DNA of 32,000 nucleotides from Erysipelothrix inopinata (lineage in GTDB: Bacteria > Bacillota_I > Bacilli_A > Erysipelotrichales > Erysipelotrichaceae). Shown in pieces: positions 7,512-16,106 of this stretch. Under the pieces are notes generated by a model that was not told the DNA's origin, ran no database searches, and was given only the letters and a program-made list of their open reading frames with translations. The position numbers and the translations under genes are program-made. The stretch is from the NCBI RefSeq assembly GCF_014396165.1, contig NZ_CP060715.1, positions 60,001 through 92,000 of the forward strand, in the 5' to 3' direction. Numbering within the stretch: position 1 is the first letter of the stretch; each line of letters starts with the position of its first letter.

Positions 7512-8468
7512 CTATTCAACTATTTTCGCATTCTTATAGTTATTTGTGTCTATATCGAATTTTTCTGCGACTAATTTATTGAGAATTAGCGTGGTTTCAC
7601 GACTTTGATAGACACCAAGCGACTCCGGTTGAACATTCTCGATAAGGATTTTTTCAATCATTTCTCCCGCTTTTTTTCCCAATTGTTCATAACTTAACGA
7701 TTCAGCCGCAAGAATTCCTTCTTTCATTTGGCCATCTTCTGATGCAAAGACAGGAATACTTTGTTTCGTAGCCAGTTCAGTGATTGTCGATGTTGCAGAT
7801 ACGACCATATTATCTGTAATGTTGTAGATTGCATCCACCCGACCTAACATCTGAGTAACTACTGTTGATACATCTTGAATGTTAGAAATTCCCACTACAT
7901 CAAGTTCTACACCAACACTTGGTGCAATTTTTTGTAAAGCATCAATTTGAACTGTAGAATTAATCTCACCCGTATTATAGATTATTCCAACTTTTTTTGC
8001 CTCAGGCAAAATATTTTTGACAACCATTAATTGTTGATCAGCAGGTGCTAAATCACTCACACCCGTAACATTACTTCCAGGATGATTTAAAGAATCAACC
8101 AACTGTGCCTCAACAGGATCGGTTACTGCATTAAAAATCACAGGAATGCTTGTACCTTCTGTAGCATAATATGCAGATTGTGCTGCGTTAGTTCCAATAG
8201 CATAGATTAAATCATACTTGTCCGATACCATACTTTGCGCAATTAAATCCGCATCTGCAACATTTCCTTGAGCATTCTTAACCACAAACTCTGCATCCTT
8301 ACCGTATTTTTCTTGCCAATATTCTTGTGCTCCTCTAACTGCCGCATCAAGTGAGGGATGTTCCGCAATCTGAATCACACCTATCCGATACTTACTTTCG
8401 TTGCTTGCCTGAGCCGTACATCCTGCAAGTAATACCACACTCATCATCATTACTAGTATTTTTTTCAT
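7512..8468 (-). CDS. ABC transporter substrate-binding lipoprotein, paralog 3 (orphan)
   Basis: Start moved to the ATG at 8468 (MKKILVMMMSVVLLAGC), which follows RBS GAAGGAGAG. The longer track ORF runs through the terminator. Lipobox LAGC is present, and the protein is paralogous to the two other binding proteins. Confidence 0.85.
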   Translation of the reverse strand: MKKILVMMMSVVLLAGCTAQASNESKYRIGVIQIAEHPSLDAAVRGAQEYWQEKYGKDAEFVVKNAQGNVADADLIAQSMVSDKYDLIYAIGTNAAQSAYYATEGTSIPVIFNAVTDPVEAQLVDSLNHPGSNVTGVSDLAPADQQLMVVKNILPEAKKVGIIYNTGEINSTVQIDALQKIAPSVGVELDVVGISNIQDVSTVVTQMLGRVDAIYNITDNMVVSATSTITELATKQSIPVFASEDGQMKEGILAAESLSYEQLGKKAGEMIEKILIENVQPESLGVYQSRETTLILNKLVAEKFDIDTNNYKNAKIVE

Positions 8469-8488
8469 AGTCTCTCCTTCTCTCAAAT

Positions 8489-8510
8489 AAAAAAGCCACT
8501 CAATGTGGCT
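8489..8510 (-). terminator. attenuator terminator of leader 3
   Basis: The RNA is AGCCAC-AUUGA-GUGGCU followed by UUUUUUAUUU. It lies about 20 nt upstream of the ATG at 8468. Confidence 0.8.
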
Positions 8511-8582
8511 GATTGATTTAAGAAAGGAAGCCACATTGATTTAACCAAAGACAAAAGGTCAATATCAACGGGCGACATTAAC

Positions 8583-8636
8583 CTAGTTTCTAAAGATAAA
8601 AAAGAAGCTTAATTGCATTTGAATAGTCTGTATCAT
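8583..8636 (-). CDS. candidate leader peptide L3, MIQTIQMQLSFFFIFRN (17 aa), Phe-rich regulatory codon run
   Basis: Hand translation gives ATG ATA CAG ACT ATT CAA ATG CAA TTA AGC TTC TTT TTT ATC TTT AGA AAC TAG. SD AAGGAAGG lies 8 nt upstream, about 15 nt downstream of the -10 box. Confidence 0.65.
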   Translation of the reverse strand: MIQTIQMQLSFFFIFRN

Positions 8637-8658
8637 AATCCAAACCTTCCTTGAGACT

Positions 8659-8687
8659 ATAATATCATCCCTTACATTTGTTTGCAA
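8659..8687 (-). promoter_or_regulatory. sigma-A promoter of leader 3 / paralog 3
   Basis: -35 TTGCAA (8687-8682), 17-nt spacer, -10 TATTAT (8664-8659) preceded by TGA, which gives an extended -10-like context. Confidence 0.6.
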
Positions 8688-8757
8688 TACTTTTCATTAT
8701 CTATGTAAACATGTTTCATTTAGTGATATAATAGGCGGAGAAAAGGAGATACTAAAT

Positions 8758-10509
8758 ATGTATACTTGGTCTTTAGATGAACTCTATAAAGGATACGATG
8801 AATCCTTCGATACAGATGTAAAAAAAGTATCAGAAATTATCACATCACTTAATCAACAAGCACTTAACTTAAACAACAAAGAAGATTTAATTGCTTTTAT
8901 GAAACTGGATATTGAATTCAACAATCTTGCTCAATCACTCGTTAGCTTCGTAAGCTTAAATTTAGCTACCAATGCTACCGATACCATTAGCAATCAAAAA
9001 TATAGTCAATTGATGCCTATGTTTAACGAGGCTACTAAAGCATATGCTTATTTTAAAAAGTTCTTAGCAGAGAATAAAGATAACTTTGATGAATGGGTTC
9101 TCGAAGATGACTTCCTTAAAGAACATGAATTCATTCTTCGTGAAATCATCAGTAACAGTCAATATAACCTAAATGAGGATGTGGAAGACGTTATTGCAAA
9201 AATGAAACTTAACGCATCCTCTAACTGGTCAAAATTACAAGGATACCTTGGATCAATGGCTACCATTGAATATGATGGTAAAACTCATACTCTTTCCTCA
9301 ATTCGTAATCTTGCCTATTCACATGATGCGAAAACACGTAAAGAAGCATACGAAAAAGAACTCGAACTTTATACTAAGATTGAAGATGCCATTGCATTTG
9401 CATTGAATAGTATTAAAGGAGAAGTTAATACTCTTTCTGCACTTCGTGGATATGAAAACGCTCTTGAACAAACACTTATCGCATCACGTATGTCAAAAGA
9501 AACATTGGATGCATTGATGGGAGCAATCGAGTCATACCTTCCTACATTTAGAAAATACCTTAACCATAAGGCTGAACTTCTTGGACACACCAACGGACTT
9601 CCTTGGTATGATCTTTTCGCACCATTTGAAACAAGCAATCCTAAAGAATATACAGTTGAAGATTCTCGCGAGTTCATTTTAGATAGTTTTGGACACTTCT
9701 CAGATGACTTGCAAGAAATGGCACGTAAAGCCTACGATGATCGTTGGATTGATTTCTTACCTCGTGAGGGAAAACGTGATGGAGCATTCTGTTCAAATCA
9801 ACCACAAATCAAACAAAGCCGTGTTCTTGCAAACTTTGATGGTTCAATTTCTGATATCGTTACGATAGCTCATGAATTAGGACACGCATACCACGGAATG
9901 ATGATTGAGGACTTATCAATCTTAAATACAAACTATACAATGCCTGTTGCAGAAACTGCATCAACATTCTGTGAAAATATCGTCTTCAATGCTGCTCTTA
10001 AAACTGCAAGTGATGAAGAAAAACTTGTCTTAATTGAAAACTCAATTTCTGACTTAACTCAAATCACGGTTGATATCATGTCACGCTACAAGTTTGAAAG
10101 CGAAGTCTTTGAGAGACGTCAAACTGAGTTCTTATTTGCAGCTGATTTAAAAGAAATCATGTTGCAAGCACAACGTGATACATACGGTGAAGGCTTAGAT
10201 CCTGAATTCTTACATCCTTATATGTGGGCTTGCAAGGGTCACTACTATAGTGGTGGACTCAGTTACTATAACTTCCCTTATGCATTTGGTGGTTTATTCG
10301 CGCTTGGTCTTTATGCACAATTCGAAAATGAAGGGGCATCATTTGTCCCTAAATATCAAGCACTTCTCAAAGCTACAACAACCGCATCTTGTGAAGATGT
10401 AGCCATGATGGCTGGAATTGATGTTACTCAAGAAGCATTCTGGAAATCAAGTCTCGATGTTGTTGCAAAACGAATCGACGATTTCATTGCATTAACACCT
10501 ATTAAATAA
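8758..10509 (+). CDS. pepF: M3-family oligoendopeptidase F
   Basis: A 583-aa protein with zinc motif HELGHAYH and overall PepF-like architecture. RBS AAGGAGA is upstream. Confidence 0.85.
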   Translation: MYTWSLDELYKGYDESFDTDVKKVSEIITSLNQQALNLNNKEDLIAFMKLDIEFNNLAQSLVSFVSLNLATNATDTISNQKYSQLMPMFNEATKAYAYFKKFLAENKDNFDEWVLEDDFLKEHEFILREIISNSQYNLNEDVEDVIAKMKLNASSNWSKLQGYLGSMATIEYDGKTHTLSSIRNLAYSHDAKTRKEAYEKELELYTKIEDAIAFALNSIKGEVNTLSALRGYENALEQTLIASRMSKETLDALMGAIESYLPTFRKYLNHKAELLGHTNGLPWYDLFAPFETSNPKEYTVEDSREFILDSFGHFSDDLQEMARKAYDDRWIDFLPREGKRDGAFCSNQPQIKQSRVLANFDGSISDIVTIAHELGHAYHGMMIEDLSILNTNYTMPVAETASTFCENIVFNAALKTASDEEKLVLIENSISDLTQITVDIMSRYKFESEVFERRQTEFLFAADLKEIMLQAQRDTYGEGLDPEFLHPYMWACKGHYYSGGLSYYNFPYAFGGLFALGLYAQFENEGASFVPKYQALLKATTTASCEDVAMMAGIDVTQEAFWKSSLDVVAKRIDDFIALTPIK

Positions 10510-10517
10510 CAAAAGAA

Positions 10518-10567
10518 AACATTAATCTAAACAACCCTAATAGGGAGTCAAAGATTAATGTTTTTTT
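10518..10567. terminator. bidirectional terminator between convergent pepF and esterase genes
   Basis: AACATTAATCT ... AGATTAATGTT forms an 11-bp stem around an inner CCCTAATAGGG hairpin. A T7 run follows on the plus strand, and an A-rich run precedes it. Confidence 0.7.
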
Positions 10568-10613
10568 GTCTAAACCCAAAGTAAATTATCGTCTTCGATC
10601 TTAAATATATTCA

Positions 10614-11363
10614 TTACTCCGAAAGAGTTTCCATTTCTTTTATAAATGTTAAACCTCTCCCCAACGCAACACTAAAGTAATCCCAATTGTGCTCACCATC
10701 ATGATAGTAATGTTCTGATACCTTCGCATGATTTTTTAGTTCACTTACAAAACGTTGCACATTTTCAACAGGAACAACTGGATCAATGGTACTTGCTTCA
10801 ACATAATAATTTACAGATGTATCTTTTAAAAATGATTGTGGGTGAGTTGCCTTCCAAAGACCGTGGTCAAATTCATTGGCATCGTTTCTGAAAAGGCCCC
10901 AATCTGATGTGACAGTTTCATCCGTAACGTCATACCAAACTGCCGGTGCAATCGCAAAAACATTCTTAAACTTATCTGGATGTTTTAGGGAAATACGCAG
11001 TGCACCATGACCTCCCATTGAAATTCCACCAAGGTTTAATTCATCGTTGCAATGATATTTATCTTGAATCATTGGAATCAAATCTTCAAGAATTGCGGAT
11101 TCCATATTTAATCCAGAACCATTGAAATAAAACGAATTGAAACCATCAACAAAAACGACAATTTGTTGGATATTTAAACGGTCTAAGTGTTCTTTCGCAA
11201 GACCCTTATCGACAACATTCGTATGATTACCATAGGCTCCATGAAATAAACATAGTACCGGTAAATGAGAATCATCACTCCATGATTCAGGTATATAAAC
11301 ACTATAATTCCAATCAAGTTTTAAATTCTTAGAATACATTGATGTTGCAATAATTTCACTCAT
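10614..11363 (-). CDS. alpha/beta-hydrolase, putative esterase family
   Basis: A 249-aa protein with nucleophile elbow GISMGGHG and a conserved LPVLCLFHGAYGNH segment typical of the esterase-D/putative esterase family. Confidence 0.75.
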   Translation of the reverse strand: MSEIIATSMYSKNLKLDWNYSVYIPESWSDDSHLPVLCLFHGAYGNHTNVVDKGLAKEHLDRLNIQQIVVFVDGFNSFYFNGSGLNMESAILEDLIPMIQDKYHCNDELNLGGISMGGHGALRISLKHPDKFKNVFAIAPAVWYDVTDETVTSDWGLFRNDANEFDHGLWKATHPQSFLKDTSVNYYVEASTIDPVVPVENVQRFVSELKNHAKVSEHYYHDGEHNWDYFSVALGRGLTFIKEMETLSE

Positions 11364-11463
11364 AAATTTACACTCTCTTTTCTCTATCTATAGTTATATC
11401 ATGAATTGTAACTTTTGGGGCGAAGTTCCAGAAATTATAAAAGAAAAGATCTCTTTCGAGATC

Positions 11464-11769
11464 TTAAGAAACAAAATAAGTATGTTCTGTTTTCCATTCA
11501 ATAACTTTGATATGGACCCAGAAGCTGTAGATTCCAAATGTTATCATCGTTAAGAACCACCATAGAATCCAATGAGTGAAAAGACTTCCTGCACTCCCAT
11601 TAAACATAAGTCGCTTACCTTCAATAACACTATGTTCTATTTCCCATCGATAGGAACGAACAATAGCCCATGGTGTACCCAAACCTACGGTAAAGATAAC
11701 GATTAATACATTTGTAATTTGAAGACCGATGTACGACCCTAAACCGCCATCGAAATATGATTGTTTCAT
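11464..11769 (-). CDS. small membrane protein resembling a single DUF898 (YjgN-like) repeat
   Basis: A 101-aa protein with two hydrophobic helices, including the segments GLGTPWA and TFGIYSFW. The family call is from memory and is uncertain. Confidence 0.45.
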   Translation of the reverse strand: MKQSYFDGGLGSYIGLQITNVLIVIFTVGLGTPWAIVRSYRWEIEHSVIEGKRLMFNGSAGSLFTHWILWWFLTMITFGIYSFWVHIKVIEWKTEHTYFVS

Positions 11770-11926
11770 AATCTATTCTCCTTCTTTTATATAAAGTTTA
11801 AAAGCACTTATTTAAAAGTGCTTAGGCATCATTAATTAAACATGTGGAAGATGTTGCCCATAAAAATAATACCATACTTTCTCCAATTTGTATCTTACAT
11901 TGTTGTAATAATACACTAACACAACG

Positions 11927-11956
11927 AAAAAGACGACATTCTGGGAAAATGCCGTC
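11927..11956 (-). terminator. intrinsic terminator downstream of the LPXTG glycosidase gene
   Basis: The RNA is GACGGCAUU-UUCCCAG-AAUGUCGUC (9 bp with one G-U) followed by UUUUUCGUU. Confidence 0.7.
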
Positions 11957-12060
11957 TGTGTAGTGTCTGTTTGGAGACAGGAGTCACTACAATATTATTT
12001 TATATTATTTTCGGTATTTATGAAATAATTGTGACAAGAATCTAGTTTAAGGTCATCAAT

Positions 12061-14340
12061 TTATTGCATTGATTTTTTCTTACGACTATAAAGGACAAGA
12101 ATTGATCCCATCACAACTAGTCCACCCACCATAAACATTGAGGTGGATGATACACCTGTTCCCGGTAGTTTGCCTTCTGGGTTCACTTCTGGATCTGGTT
12201 TTACCTCTGGATCAGGTTTCACTTCTGGATCTGGTTTTACCTCTGGGTCTGTAGGAGTATCTGCTTCAACATTAACTACCACATTACCTTCGAATATTTC
12301 ATCAGTAACTGAAGAGGATACTTTAATATTTACTGTGTACTCTCCTACTTTACTCAAATCAACTTTTTGGGAAAAGTCTGTCGTAATGATTGTTTCATGA
12401 TTTGAAACTATTTTTACAAGTTCTAGTAATTCTGTTTCAGTCAAACCACTGTTTAGTTTTACCTTGATTGATTTCTCTGTCAAAGTAACACTTAGAGGTT
12501 CTATAACTTCAGCTTTCACTCCTGTTGTTTCAACATAAGCCTTATCAAGAACAGTAATTGCATATGCTGCATTCACATCTTCTAAGTCATAAATATTATT
12601 TTTACCTGCTTCAAAGTTTACACGATCTACAATGTTACCTGCCGCAATTATTTCTTCTACAGTTTGACTTGGAGTTCCTTTGTAGATGACATAGAAACGT
12701 GCATTATTGTTTAAAGCATCCGTCCATACAAGTTTGCCATCTTTAATTGAAGCAGATTGCAATGGACTTGTATCTTTCGGTGATAAACGTTTATGGCTTG
12801 GTGTTAGTGAAGGTTTACTGAATGAATCAGATTTTAGAATATCGATACTGTCATTTTTAGCTATATTTCTTGGACGTAAAGCTTCATCTAAAGAATCAAT
12901 ATCTGATTTCACAATATCAGCATAACTATAGATTGAGCTACCGGATATGTTTTTTAATTTTTGATTGAATTTCATTTGATTATTTATTTCATCAGGATTC
13001 ATCCAATCAGCATCCCAACCACCATTACTTGTATGTTTGTAGTTAGCATGTCCAACATATAATTTAACATCAGTTCCCTCAACAACTGAATCCCACCAAC
13101 GCGCAATTTCTCCATATGGCGCAGCAGGTGCTGAGAATGACCAATAAATCTGTGGCGAAATATAATCTAGTTTTCCATCTTTAATCCATTGGTATGTATC
13201 AGCAAAGATTGTTTTTGAATAACTTTGAGATGATCCTGCTGGAGTATTTGATCCACGAGGATCATTTGCTTTGTGTTCCCAAATTCCGAATGGGCTAATT
13301 CCAAATTGAACTGCCGATTTCGTAGTTTGGTTATGTGTTTTTAAAACATCATTCACAGCATCTACAAGCTTGGTGACATTATCACGACGCCATGCTTCAA
13401 TACCTGCAGGAGTATCATCAAATTCACCTTTATACTTCAAGAATGTTTCTCGATCTTCTTCGAAAGTGCCAAACACATCTGACCCTGGAATATCTTTTCC
13501 TTCTGGATCTTTACGAAGTGCACCCTTGTAAGGATAGAAGTAGTCATCATAATGAACAGCATCAATATCATACTTTGTTACGACTTCTTTAACGGTATCA
13601 GCCACATGTTTAATAACTTCCGGTTCACCAGGATTTAAAAAGAGTTTCCCTTGGAATTTTAATACTAAATGTGGATTCTTGACTGCAAAGTTATCATTTG
13701 ATAAATGTCCAAGTTTATTTAAAGCTTCAACTTGTTCTGCAGGGGTGAAGTTCTTAACTTCTTCTGCGGTATATCCAAGTGCTACGACTTGCGATAAGAT
13801 AGCTGGTGCATCAATATCAGAGTTTGTAACACGGTAAGGATTAAACCATGCGTGGAATTCCATTCCACGATCATGAGTTGCTTTTACCATGTATTCAAGT
13901 GGATCATAATTAACGTCTTGACCTTGTTTACCACTTAAAAATTGTGATGTAGGATTTAATTCAGATGGATAGAATGCATCAAGTAGAGGACTTACTTGGA
14001 ATATCACGGCATTCATATTCCATGATTCCATTTGATCCAAACGTTCTTCATATTTATTGATAAACTCTTCTTCAGTATTCACCTGTGGAAAGTGGAGGTT
14101 GAAGATTGTAGCAATCCAAGATGATTTGAATTGCACTCTTTCCTGAACATAGGTGTTAGGAATCTTAACACGTTCATCAGATCCCCCATAGAGATAAACA
14201 GGTTTACTTTCATCGTAACCATAGGTTCCATCGGCATTCTTTACATACCGATTCAATTCTGTTTCCCCCTCATCCGCACTGACGGCTGTTGTTGCAAAAA
14301 ACATCAATACACTTAAAACTGCAATGAACAATTTTTTCAT
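12061..14340 (-). CDS. LPXTG cell-wall-anchored glycoside-hydrolase-like family 10 (GHL10/DUF187, YngK-like) protein
   Basis: Signal peptide MKKLFIAVLSVLMFFATTAVSA. The catalytic-domain-like region (SWIATIFNLHFP ... NAVIFQVSP ... HAWFNPYR) resembles GHL10. The C-terminus carries PEVKPD repeats, then LPGTG, a hydrophobic helix and RKKK. Confidence 0.75.
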   Translation of the reverse strand: MKKLFIAVLSVLMFFATTAVSADEGETELNRYVKNADGTYGYDESKPVYLYGGSDERVKIPNTYVQERVQFKSSWIATIFNLHFPQVNTEEEFINKYEERLDQMESWNMNAVIFQVSPLLDAFYPSELNPTSQFLSGKQGQDVNYDPLEYMVKATHDRGMEFHAWFNPYRVTNSDIDAPAILSQVVALGYTAEEVKNFTPAEQVEALNKLGHLSNDNFAVKNPHLVLKFQGKLFLNPGEPEVIKHVADTVKEVVTKYDIDAVHYDDYFYPYKGALRKDPEGKDIPGSDVFGTFEEDRETFLKYKGEFDDTPAGIEAWRRDNVTKLVDAVNDVLKTHNQTTKSAVQFGISPFGIWEHKANDPRGSNTPAGSSQSYSKTIFADTYQWIKDGKLDYISPQIYWSFSAPAAPYGEIARWWDSVVEGTDVKLYVGHANYKHTSNGGWDADWMNPDEINNQMKFNQKLKNISGSSIYSYADIVKSDIDSLDEALRPRNIAKNDSIDILKSDSFSKPSLTPSHKRLSPKDTSPLQSASIKDGKLVWTDALNNNARFYVIYKGTPSQTVEEIIAAGNIVDRVNFEAGKNNIYDLEDVNAAYAITVLDKAYVETTGVKAEVIEPLSVTLTEKSIKVKLNSGLTETELLELVKIVSNHETIITTDFSQKVDLSKVGEYTVNIKVSSSVTDEIFEGNVVVNVEADTPTDPEVKPDPEVKPDPEVKPDPEVNPEGKLPGTGVSSTSMFMVGGLVVMGSILVLYSRKKKSMQ
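12179..12250 (-). repeat. 4 x 18-bp tandem repeat encoding (D)PEVKP linker units
   Basis: The plus strand reads GGGTTCACTTCTGGATCT / GGTTTTACCTCTGGATCA / GGTTTCACTTCTGGATCT / GGTTTTACCTCTGGGTCT. Confidence 0.9.
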
Positions 14341-14536
14341 GCTCTCCTCCTGTTAGCGTTTACAAGTCACATTATACTGGAGTGAAATTAAATTTCAAGT
14401 ATTAATTATTAACTTTGTAATAATATTGTGTAACCGATATCATCAATGCACACTTAAACCTTGGTAAAATCGTAATTAAATCATCAGAATTTTTTTATTA
14501 CATAAATCATCGGATCATCACCTCTTTGGTTTGTCT

Positions 14537-14569
14537 TGTAACATCCCTGTAACATGTTTCTTTTAAAAT
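14537..14569 (+). promoter_or_regulatory. direct-repeat response-regulator box plus -10 (promoter of the phosphoesterase-RR-HK operon)
   Basis: TGTAACAT (14537-14544) and TGTAACAT (14548-14555) are phased at 11 bp. Ten nt separate the second TGTAAC from -10 TAAAAT (14564-14569). Confidence 0.6.
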
Positions 14570-14597
14570 ACTCATGAAACTAAAAAGGAAGATTTTT

Positions 14598-15446
14598 ATG
14601 AAAAAATATAAAACACTTAAATTCGTAGTTATATCTCTGTTAATTTTAATTGTCGTAAATACAATTTATGCATTTAAAGTTGAACCCTATAGTATAAACA
14701 TTGAATGGAATCTTATTAAACCAGAAGGAGAAGTAACAGAAACACTTAAAGTAGTTCATTTCTCTGATATCCATCTAAAAGAGGATTTTAATAAAGTGCC
14801 ACTCGATAATATCGTTCATAAAATAAACAACCAGCAAGCTGATATCGTAGTTTTTACTGGTGACTTATATGATAACTATGCAAAATACAACAGTGATGAT
14901 ATGATTATTTCATACTTAAAACAGATTAAATCAAAGTATGGCAATTTTGCTGTTTGGGGGAATCACGACTATGGTGGAGGTTCTTCACGACACTATGATT
15001 ATGTTATGAAGGAAGCTGGTTTTAGGCTTTTACGTAATGAAGAAGTGATGATTAAAACAGAAAGCAATAAATCAATCTTAATCTACGGATTGGATGACAG
15101 TATGTTGGGAAAACCACATACCAAATCTTTAACAAGAACCGATGAATCGGATTTCATAATAATGTTGAGTCACGAACCAGATACTGTAGATAGGTTTATC
15201 AATGAAGATTTCAACTTATTTCTAAGCGGACACAGTCATGGTGGTCAAATTAATATTCCATGGATTCCTGCTCTCAATAAGTTTGCAGTTAATCAAACAA
15301 ATCTTGCTGAAAAATACACCAAGGGGTCTTATGATCTCACCAACTCAAAATCAATTTTTGTAAATGTTGGGATTGGAACAAGCCATGTACCGATGCGGTT
15401 TGGTGTTCATCCCAAAATCACAGTTCATAAAATTTTCTTAAAATAA
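14598..15446 (+). CDS. membrane-anchored metallophosphoesterase (YkuE-like)
   Basis: Start moved to the ATG at 14598, which follows RBS AAGGAAG. The track start at 14574 sits 5 nt after the -10 box. Motifs present: HFSDIH, GDLYD, GNHD and GHSHGGQ, plus an N-terminal TM helix. Confidence 0.85.
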   Translation: MKKYKTLKFVVISLLILIVVNTIYAFKVEPYSINIEWNLIKPEGEVTETLKVVHFSDIHLKEDFNKVPLDNIVHKINNQQADIVVFTGDLYDNYAKYNSDDMIISYLKQIKSKYGNFAVWGNHDYGGGSSRHYDYVMKEAGFRLLRNEEVMIKTESNKSILIYGLDDSMLGKPHTKSLTRTDESDFIIMLSHEPDTVDRFINEDFNLFLSGHSHGGQINIPWIPALNKFAVNQTNLAEKYTKGSYDLTNSKSIFVNVGIGTSHVPMRFGVHPKITVHKIFLK

Positions 15447-15455
15447 GGAGGCCTC

Positions 15456-16106
15456 ATGAAAATACTTGTCGTTGAAGATGATATTAAAATCAATGAAATT
15501 TTAAAAATGTATCTTGAACATGAAGGTTATACCGTAACCAGTGTTTTTAATGGCGATGATGCTCTTTCTTACTTTGATAAGGATACTGCAGATCTGGTTC
15601 TTTTAGACTGGATGCTGCCCAAAAAAAGTGGAATTGAAGTATGCAAAGCACTAAGGTTCATGGATGTTCCTACCAAGATAATTATGCTAACAGCAAAGGA
15701 TACTCCAGAAAGTGAACTCCTTGGGCTAACTAGCGGTGCAGACGACTATATTCGCAAACCCTTCGACATACAGATTGTCCTCTTAAGAATTAAGAAGCTT
15801 CTCAATTTCGAGAAAACTTTAAGATATAAAGATATATCCTTGAACACGCAAACAGGTGAAGTATATAGAAACAAGATGTTACTTACCCTTACACTTCGCG
15901 AATACAAACTGCTTGAATACTTAATGATGAATCAAAACGTTATTCTGACACGAGATCAAATTATTAGTAATGTTTGGGGCATCGATTATGACGGTGAAAT
16001 GCGAACTATTGACACCCACATCCGACGACTCAGGGCTAAAATTGGTGATGACACCATCAAAACTAAAATTGGCCTTGGATATGTGATGGGAGATCTTTAT
16101 GAGTAA
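15456..16106 (+). CDS. OmpR/PhoB-family response regulator
   Basis: Receiver domain (MKILVVEDD ... DLVLLDWMLP ... LTAK) followed by a winged-helix trans_reg_C domain (LTLREYKLLEYL ... IDTHIRRLRAKI). RBS AGGAGG is upstream. Confidence 0.92.
   Translation: MKILVVEDDIKINEILKMYLEHEGYTVTSVFNGDDALSYFDKDTADLVLLDWMLPKKSGIEVCKALRFMDVPTKIIMLTAKDTPESELLGLTSGADDYIRKPFDIQIVLLRIKKLLNFEKTLRYKDISLNTQTGEVYRNKMLLTLTLREYKLLEYLMMNQNVILTRDQIISNVWGIDYDGEMRTIDTHIRRLRAKIGDDTIKTKIGLGYVMGDLYE

Noticed and set aside
11802-11991. Extra hairpins in the intergenic region: AAGCACTT-N6-AAGTGCTT (11802-11823) and TGTAGTG...CACTACA (11959-11991).
   Set aside because: They match no riboswitch or sRNA family that I recognise. 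One lies 30 nt upstream of the DUF898 start with a poor U-tract, and the other is adjacent to the real terminator. They are probably auxiliary terminator or stability hairpins, so I did not call a feature.
12143-12400. 85-aa plus-strand ORF with GSGFTS repeats.
   Set aside because: It is the antisense reading of the PEVKPD repeat within the LPXTG protein gene. The periodicity comes from the 18-bp repeat.
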